DNA from: a virus
Lineage: Duplodnaviria; Caudoviricetes
IMG/VR virus record: IMGVR_UViG_3300035181_001319
Span: 1 to 62,841 of that record
Reading direction: 5' to 3' (one strand)
DNA: 62,841 nt
Part shown: in pieces, positions 56,581 through 62,841 of the stretch
How positions within the stretch are numbered: the first letter of the stretch is position 1
Layout of the letters: every line of letters begins with the position of its first letter
Made by a program: the position numbers and the translations under genes
Notes under the pieces: model-generated
What the model saw: only the letters and a program-made list of their open reading frames with translations
Databases searched by the model: none
What the model was told of the DNA's origin: nothing

Positions 56581-57012
56581 ATGTTTGTCTTCGGTTCAAC
56601 ATCGTTGGTCTCACGAAGTCAGTTGCATCCGAAGCTTCAGCTGGTCGTGGACCAGGCCATTAAGGAAGTGGATTTCCGCATCCTTGATGCCACTCGGGGA
56701 CGAAACGCCCAGGAACGGGCTTTTGCGGAACATCGCAGCAAAGCCCATTTTGGCGACTCGGCTCACAACTACGTTCCTGCAATTGCCATGGACCTTTTTC
56801 CGGCGCCGTATGACTGGAAAAACACGGCGTCTTTTGAGGCCCTGGCTAAAATCGTGCTGCGCGTTGGACATGACCTTAGCGTCCCCCTTCGGTGGGGTGG
56901 CGACTGGAACATGGATGGCACAAAGACCACCTCCGACAACTGGGACAAGCCCCATTTTGAGCTGCATCCGTGGCGCACGTGGGCCAAGCAGTCAAAGCTG
57001 TTTGAAGGCTGA
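56581..57012 (+). CDS. endolysin, M15-family peptidase
   Basis: R....Q, SAHNY, AMD, WGGDW, DKPHFEL. Confidence 0.85.
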   Translation: MFVFGSTSLVSRSQLHPKLQLVVDQAIKEVDFRILDATRGRNAQERAFAEHRSKAHFGDSAHNYVPAIAMDLFPAPYDWKNTASFEALAKIVLRVGHDLSVPLRWGGDWNMDGTKTTSDNWDKPHFELHPWRTWAKQSKLFEG

Positions 57013-57027
57013 ACAATCAACCAAGGA

Positions 57028-57225
57028 GTGACTATCATGACCCTGACTGGCTTCCGTACCGTGGCATTCAACGTTGGAGGTGTCATGCTGATCGCAGGTC
57101 TGCAAAATCTGACCGGCGTGAACTGGACCGACTATGTTTCGCCCACGTTTGCCCTGATGATCGCCTTCGGCGTCAACACGGCCCTGCGCTTTGTGACCAC
57201 CACGCCGATCTTCAGCAGCAAGTAA
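57028..57225 (+). CDS. putative holin
   Basis: Two TM segments, LRFVTTTP; adjacent to the endolysin. Confidence 0.6.
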   Translation: MTIMTLTGFRTVAFNVGGVMLIAGLQNLTGVNWTDYVSPTFALMIAFGVNTALRFVTTTPIFSSK

Positions 57226-57243
57226 GAATAGCAGGCCCTCGGC

Positions 57244-57558
57244 ATGAACATACAGACCTCAGAGATTCAACTCATCGCCGAGACTGCCGCGCGGTCCGCA
57301 GTGAATGAGACCTTCACAAAATTGGGCATCGACATCTCGAACCCAATCCAAGCGCAGAGGGAGTTCGCTGTGATCAGCGAGCTCCGTCACCTGATCGACG
57401 ACAAGGAGTTTCAGGCAGACCTGGCGCATTTGCGCAAGTGGCGAACTGCCGTGGAGAGCGCACAGAAGACCACGTTCCTGGCCATGGTTGGTGTGCTGGC
57501 AACAGGTGCCCTGGTAGCTTTCTGGCTCGGGTTCAAGTCAAAGATAGGGATGCCCTAA
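57244..57558 (+). CDS. membrane protein (holin-like or lysis accessory)
   Basis: C-terminal TM segment. Confidence 0.55.
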   Translation: MNIQTSEIQLIAETAARSAVNETFTKLGIDISNPIQAQREFAVISELRHLIDDKEFQADLAHLRKWRTAVESAQKTTFLAMVGVLATGALVAFWLGFKSKIGMP

Positions 57559-59081
57559 TGCAAGCTGAAAAGCCAAAGAAGCCTCTATCCGCTGGCCGGG
57601 TGGAGGACACTCAGGCGAAGAAGCTCAAACCTCCAGTGTTAGGCGTCAAAAGGTACGTGCTGACATCTGCCCAAAACAACACCCCGGTTTACAAAGACTG
57701 TTGGCATAACCTACTGGCCCTTGTAAACCACTATGGGGCCAAGCTTATGGTCAGCCGCTATACCTATGACAAGTCGTCATATGGAAAAAAGGCGGTAAAG
57801 CCCGACTCATCCAGGACTTCGGACTATGACAACCTGTGGTACTCCCCCGAAATTTCTCCGTACATTTCAGATGAGCGAGTTGAGCTTGCTCCTGGCCTTG
57901 TCTGGTGTGGCGAACTGAATATCCTCCCAACAGCTGTTGACCCCTTGTCGGGTCTTGAGTCTTACACTGGCCGGGCGTCAGGCATTTTCCCTCATGCCAA
58001 ATTTGCCATGGACAGTGTGGCCTCAGGCAAACTGGAAGCAACCAAGTTCAACTATACCACTGGGACAATTACCCAGCGGAACTATATCCAAAAGAAAGCA
58101 GGGCTTAAAGCCGAGCACTTCCATGGCTATGGGGCTTTGCTTGTCGAAGTCACTGAAGATGGGGCTTGGTATGTGCGCCAGTTGCAAGCAACTGAGTCAG
58201 GCAGCATTCGAGACCTTGACTTGCTGGCTACTGGTGGAGAAGTTTCAGAGGGTCACCGGGTTGAAGCCATATCTTGGGGAGACGTACATACTCGACTGAT
58301 TGACCCAGTTATTCGCAAGCTTAATTGGGGTGTGGGAGGCATGCTTGATGTGCTCTGCCCCAAATACCAGTTCATCCACGATGTGCTTGATTTCCGTGCC
58401 CGCAATCATCATGAAATAAAGAACGGGCTCAGCATGCACTCTCGGTACGTCGAAGCCAAAGAGTGTGTTCAGGAGGAGGTCCGAGAAGCCTCAGAGCTTA
58501 TCCGGGAGGCCATACGGCCTTGGTGTCATACGGTTGTTGTCGATAGCAATCACGACAAAGCCATGATACGTTGGCTTGTGGAAACAGACTTCCGAAAAGA
58601 TCCAGTGAATGCCCGGTACTTTCTTGAAGCGTCCCTTGCGCTTTATTATGCCAATGAGCGTCAGGACCGTGATTTTCATCTTCTGGAATGGGCCATGGCC
58701 AAGGAAGGGCTTACCACTTCCGTCCAGTTCGTGCGCCATGGCCAAGAAATTCCAGGCAGCCTACGTTTCCTTCGGGAAGATGAGAGTTTTGTGGTGTGCC
58801 ACTCCTATGCCGGAGGGGTTGAGAATGGCATGCACGGAGACCTCGGACCAAATGGAGCACGTGGAAGCATACGAGCCTTTGCCCGAATGGGCCGCCGGGC
58901 CAATGTGGCACACTCCCATTCGGCTGGAATTTTCAACGAGGTCTATCAAGCAGGCACCTCGTCCATGCTAGACTTGGGATACAACCGTGGACCGTCGAGT
59001 TGGAGTCATACCCATATTGTAACTTACCCTGAGGGGACCCGGTCGATGGTCACGCTGTGGAAAGGGCGATGGCGCGCTTGA
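57558..59081 (+). CDS. calcineurin-like metallophosphoesterase-domain protein
   Basis: GDVH, HD..D, SNHD, HGD, AHSHS. Confidence 0.7.
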   Translation: MQAEKPKKPLSAGRVEDTQAKKLKPPVLGVKRYVLTSAQNNTPVYKDCWHNLLALVNHYGAKLMVSRYTYDKSSYGKKAVKPDSSRTSDYDNLWYSPEISPYISDERVELAPGLVWCGELNILPTAVDPLSGLESYTGRASGIFPHAKFAMDSVASGKLEATKFNYTTGTITQRNYIQKKAGLKAEHFHGYGALLVEVTEDGAWYVRQLQATESGSIRDLDLLATGGEVSEGHRVEAISWGDVHTRLIDPVIRKLNWGVGGMLDVLCPKYQFIHDVLDFRARNHHEIKNGLSMHSRYVEAKECVQEEVREASELIREAIRPWCHTVVVDSNHDKAMIRWLVETDFRKDPVNARYFLEASLALYYANERQDRDFHLLEWAMAKEGLTTSVQFVRHGQEIPGSLRFLREDESFVVCHSYAGGVENGMHGDLGPNGARGSIRAFARMGRRANVAHSHSAGIFNEVYQAGTSSMLDLGYNRGPSSWSHTHIVTYPEGTRSMVTLWKGRWRA

Positions 59082-59586
59082 GGGCTTCAGCCCAGAAACC
59101 CTTTGGCAGCAATGCCCGAACGCTTTCGCTTGGTTGAACCCAAGACCAGCTTGCTGGGCGTTGACCTTTGAAGCATTTGGCTGCAGAGGTTAGTCGGCGC
59201 TCAAGTTCAGCCATGGCCACTTCCGTGACACTGTAGGTCTCACAATCACGTAACTTGGGCCAAGGCAGCATATGGTCTGCCGGCAGTTTTAGCTCCAAAG
59301 CAATTCCCTCGGTTGGCTCAAATTCTAATTCCAACAATTCAAATCGGGGCAAAGGCGGTGTGCTGATATGACACCAGTCAATAAACACCCCATACCCAAC
59401 CGCATTGTGTTGGCCTCGAAAAGTCACTCTATGCCCCATGGCATCGGGTAGCACAAGGATTGACCGGTCAAGGCTGACTGACACTAGAACTCGCCGGTCT
59501 ACATTCAGTGAGTCCAACCAGAATAGAGCTTCGTGGTCTAAGGTGATAGCCAGGTGTTGATCCCACGAGCCGATTTGTCCTTGCAT
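59050..59586 (-). CDS. hypothetical protein
   Basis: ORF; upstream TTGCAC-18-TATAAC. Confidence 0.55.
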   Translation of the reverse strand: MQGQIGSWDQHLAITLDHEALFWLDSLNVDRRVLVSVSLDRSILVLPDAMGHRVTFRGQHNAVGYGVFIDWCHISTPPLPRFELLELEFEPTEGIALELKLPADHMLPWPKLRDCETYSVTEVAMAELERRLTSAAKCFKGQRPASWSWVQPSESVRALLPKGFWAEALKRAIALSTA

Positions 59587-59651
59587 GTTGATAGTCCCAA
59601 AATTGTTATACTCTGGGACTATCTTGACGTGCAAAAGCTTCAAAAGTACCG

Positions 59652-61439
59652 CTATTCACAGCTTCGGCGTCCAGTTGCGGGGTCAAATTCACAACTCATG
59701 CCAATATCTTCCAGCAATCCGGACTGCTCGGCCTTTTTTGCGATGGGAAAGGGCAGGTCAGCTGGTTCGAACTCTTCCTTGAACAAACCTCCTCGTTTTC
59801 CGTCACGATTGAAGGTGGTACAGCCCTTGGCCCCACCCTCATAGGCCACCCGGTAAATACCTTTGAATTCATCCCAAGGCATTGACCCATCACAGTTGAC
59901 TGTCTTGGAGACCGCACTGTCAACAAAGCGCTGAGCCGTAACCAAGACGTCAACGTGCTGCTTGGCAGTAACCTCGCCCATGGACGTACGGCGCCCACGA
60001 ACTTGAAGGTTTGCAAAGCCATAGTCGTAGAGGTCGACCTCCTGCTTGCCTGCCTCCATCAAGACCGTGCGCTTTTGCTTGAATTTGTAGACGGGTTCGA
60101 TGCTGGATGACACGTTGTCCGCTGACATGGAGATTGTGCCGGTTGGAGCAATTGAGGTCAAGTGGGAGTTGCGGATGCCGTAGGCCCACAAAGCTTCCTG
60201 CACGTCTTTGTCCAGCGACTTGATGAAAGACCCTTCACAGTACATCTCGCGATCAAACAGGGGAAATGCGCCCTTTTCCCTGGCCAGCTTAATCGACGCC
60301 AAATAGCAATACCGGGTGAAGAAGTGCATCAGCTTTGTTTCAAATGCCAGGCAGACTTTAGACCCATATGGCAGGCCCATGGCCTCGACAGTATTAGCAA
60401 AACCCGTGAAACCCAAACCCATGCGACGCTTGCTCTTGGCTTCGCGCTCTTGCTCCTGCAAAGGATAGATTGCCCGATCCACCACATTGTCCATTGCCCT
60501 GACTATGTGCGGTATGTCCTCGGCCAGCAGATCAAAGTCAAAGTAGTAGCTGGCCAGATCATGTCGCAGATACTTGACCAGATTGATTGAGCCAAGCAGG
60601 CAGGCACCAAAGGGAGGCAGGGGCTGTTCCCCGCAGGGGTTTGTGGCTGCAATCTTCTCGACATACCATAGGTTGTTCATGCGGTTGATCGTGTCGATGA
60701 AGAGCACACCTGGCTCGGCCCAGTCCCAGGTCGACCGCATCAGCGTTTCCCAGGTCTCACCTGCGTCCAGCTCTTGGTAAGTCTGACCACCAAAGCGGGT
60801 CTTGAACGGCTTGCCAGAATACAAGCATTCCATGAACTCGTCAGTCACGGCGACCGACGTGTTGAACCCGGTCAAGGCCGTCTGATTGTGCTTGGCATGG
60901 ATATAGGCCATGATGTCAGGATGGTCAATCCGCAAGACAGCCATTTGAGCCCCACGGCGATTGCCCGCTGACGACGTGGCTTTGCAGGTCTCATCGTAGA
61001 TGGGCATAAAGCTCAACGGTCCACCCGAACGGGACTGGAGCTTTTCGATCATGGCCCCGTTGGGCCGAAGGGTGGAGAAGTCATAGCCAATGCCACCACC
61101 CATTCGCATCGTGGCTGCCGCTTGTTCCAACCGATGGATGATGCTGGACTGCTCCGGATTGTCACGGCCTACAAAGCTGTCCGGAATTGTGCCCGAAACA
61201 TAGCAGTTATACGGGGTGACTGCCTTGGGCGAGCCCATTGCCGCTTGAACACGGCCTGCAGGCATGAACCGCATATCCAGCAGGATTTCACGGAACTCGT
61301 GATAATTGGCCTTGTCATCACCGTGGGACAAGGCCGACGCAATTCGGCCCATGGCATCCCGGAAGGTTTCATTCTTGAGGCGGTATTTCTCAGCGTGAAG
61401 CTGGTCAGAGTAGACAAGGCGAGGTCCAACGGAACCCAT
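59652..61439 (-). CDS. nrdJ: ribonucleotide reductase, probably class II (B12-dependent)
   Basis: PAGRV, NCYV, GGGIG, RRGAQM, TNPCGEQPL, IAPTGTIS, KGCT, C-terminal Cys pair. No beta subunit seen. Confidence 0.85.
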   Translation of the reverse strand: MGSVGPRLVYSDQLHAEKYRLKNETFRDAMGRIASALSHGDDKANYHEFREILLDMRFMPAGRVQAAMGSPKAVTPYNCYVSGTIPDSFVGRDNPEQSSIIHRLEQAAATMRMGGGIGYDFSTLRPNGAMIEKLQSRSGGPLSFMPIYDETCKATSSAGNRRGAQMAVLRIDHPDIMAYIHAKHNQTALTGFNTSVAVTDEFMECLYSGKPFKTRFGGQTYQELDAGETWETLMRSTWDWAEPGVLFIDTINRMNNLWYVEKIAATNPCGEQPLPPFGACLLGSINLVKYLRHDLASYYFDFDLLAEDIPHIVRAMDNVVDRAIYPLQEQEREAKSKRRMGLGFTGFANTVEAMGLPYGSKVCLAFETKLMHFFTRYCYLASIKLAREKGAFPLFDREMYCEGSFIKSLDKDVQEALWAYGIRNSHLTSIAPTGTISMSADNVSSSIEPVYKFKQKRTVLMEAGKQEVDLYDYGFANLQVRGRRTSMGEVTAKQHVDVLVTAQRFVDSAVSKTVNCDGSMPWDEFKGIYRVAYEGGAKGCTTFNRDGKRGGLFKEEFEPADLPFPIAKKAEQSGLLEDIGMSCEFDPATGRRSCE

Positions 61440-61515
61440 AAGCAATCTCCCAGGCGATGTGGCATACTGCACCACAATGTACGCCTGGGGCACTATATAA
61501 CGCCGCCGAAAACAC

Positions 61516-61773
61516 CTAGAGGCGCGTACTGTGGAACCAAGCTCGAAGATAACGTCGGTGATCAGCTTCGTCTTGGGCTTCTTGCACGCAGGTCGGACAC
61601 CGGTTGTTGTCGTCCCGTTCATCTTCAAGGAAGTGTTCACCACAAGAGGAACAAGTGAACAGGTCGTTGGTGTCATAGGTTTTGCCGTCAATCACAACCA
61701 AGCGCTCCGGCTCATGTTCCATGATGGCTTCAATGTCGTCGGTGTCAGTCAGAGGTTGCGGGGCTTTAGACAT
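61516..61773 (-). CDS. zinc-ribbon protein
   Basis: CSSC...CPTC. Confidence 0.6.
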   Translation of the reverse strand: MSKAPQPLTDTDDIEAIMEHEPERLVVIDGKTYDTNDLFTCSSCGEHFLEDERDDNNRCPTCVQEAQDEADHRRYLRAWFHSTRL

Positions 61774-61807
61774 GATGCTCTCCATTGTTCATGATCCATT
61801 TTTTGAA

Positions 61808-61999
61808 CTACTTTTTCCTCACAAGCTTAGCAATATGAGCCAGAGAGAAAAAGACCATCAGCACTGGCCCTGCAAGATAGCAGAGCCAAGCAATTGTCTG
61901 ATTGTAAGGCTGCTTGCGATGCTTGGCTTCCCATTCACACATGCGGTCAAGGCCATATCCAATAGCCAGCCACAGCAAGGCAATCACATACCACTTCAT
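61808..61999 (-). CDS. small membrane protein
   Basis: Two hydrophobic segments. Confidence 0.55.
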   Translation of the reverse strand: MKWYVIALLWLAIGYGLDRMCEWEAKHRKQPYNQTIAWLCYLAGPVLMVFFSLAHIAKLVRKK

Positions 62000-62520
62000 G
62001 TGGACACAGCCAGCTTCTGCGCCGCAGACTTGGCGCGCGGGCGGATTTGGGGCAAGTCCGGCCAGGGGATGCCCAAATCGTTTGCATCCATGCGGAGATG
62101 AACCACATACCAGCGAAGACAGGCAACGCTCGTGGACGCCTCGGGGAATTCGCCATGGATGATGTCCAAGACTTCCTTATACTTCAAGCCAATTGAGCGG
62201 CCGTCAACGTCAGTCATGGGAAGTCCGTTTTCACCTTTGACGCGAGCTTCAAGAAGCTCCAATGCCCGACGCCGAACTGTGCGGCCAAGCCTGCGGTTTT
62301 GCCGGCGAATGGCTTCGATGAAGTAGTCACGCCCAATATTGTCACCATTGACAACAACCTCCATTGGCTGGAGATTTGCGGGCACTTTCTCAGGCGCCAT
62401 GCCTTCAGAAAGTTTGGCCACAACCGCATTGTATTCGGGCAGTTGGGCATTGTAGCATTCAACCAGCCGCTCAAGGCTTGCGGACGTTGGTTCGGGTTTT
62501 TTGGGTCCTTTGGCAGTCAT
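61996..62520 (-). CDS. HTH-like paralog family protein
   Basis: YKEVLDIIHGEFPEASTSVACLRWY. Confidence 0.65.
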   Translation of the reverse strand: MTAKGPKKPEPTSASLERLVECYNAQLPEYNAVVAKLSEGMAPEKVPANLQPMEVVVNGDNIGRDYFIEAIRRQNRRLGRTVRRRALELLEARVKGENGLPMTDVDGRSIGLKYKEVLDIIHGEFPEASTSVACLRWYVVHLRMDANDLGIPWPDLPQIRPRAKSAAQKLAVST

Positions 62521-62586
62521 TCATAGTTCTCCAAAAAGATGATGGCTCTTCTTCAAGTATGCACTATAAACACCATCTTTGGAACA

Positions 62587-62841
62587 CTATTTCAGCTGCG
62601 AAGCCCTCAAAATCACCTGTGCAGCCGAGCACTTGGGATCAACTGCCGAATTGGCATGAAGCCAGTCCAGCGTGATTGGCTTGTCAAGCAACGCTTCTGC
62701 CAGAGAGCCATGGATCAAGTAGTGGAAACGGTGCGGGTGTTTACCCACCCTAATGAGATACCAGGACAGGCCCCCAGTGCCTGTTCGGCGAAGGGCAAAA
62801 TATACCTGCTTGTCTGTGGTCTTGACCCGCACAATGGGAGC
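62587..62841 (-). CDS. C-terminal part of the VRR-NUC-like nuclease that starts at 186
   Basis: APIVRVKTTDKQVYF..RR...GGLSWYLIRVG, in frame with 186..1. Confidence 0.75.
   Translation of the reverse strand, partial: APIVRVKTTDKQVYFALRRTGTGGLSWYLIRVGKHPHRFHYLIHGSLAEALLDKPITLDWLHANSAVDPKCSAAQVILRASQLK

Overview
The window appears to be a complete, circularly permuted, ~62.8 kb lytic siphophage genome, probably infecting an alphaproteobacterium. A VRR-NUC/resolvase-like ORF reads in frame from position 186 through position 1 into 62841-62587, which joins the two ends. The minus-strand arm carries nucleotide-metabolism, replication and many small early genes: DHFR, dCMP deaminase, a ThyA-family enzyme, a MazG-like/dNMP-kinase fusion, SNF2 helicase, PolA, SSB, a Cas4-like nuclease and a class II RNR. 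A divergent primase-helicase sits at 16.6-19.1 kb. The plus-strand arm (30.4-59.1 kb) carries packaging, head, tail (GTA g12-g15-like baseplate) and lysis genes. No integrase or CRISPR array was seen. The most notable observations are: (1) three tandem type II hammerhead ribozymes with covarying stems that punctuate the early operon (28251-29044); (2) a ~370 nt structured non-coding region ending in a tRNA-like module with an encoded CCA (11377-11743); (3) a ThyA homologue with Asp at the dUMP-specificity Asn position, clustered as a candidate 5-methyl-dCMP pathway; (4) a C-terminal DPLA tag shared by replication proteins; (5) a five-member paralogous HTH-like domain family; and (6) an unannotated 33-aa peptide cassette flanked by direct repeats. 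All calls come from motif recognition by eye; no database searches or folding programs were run.
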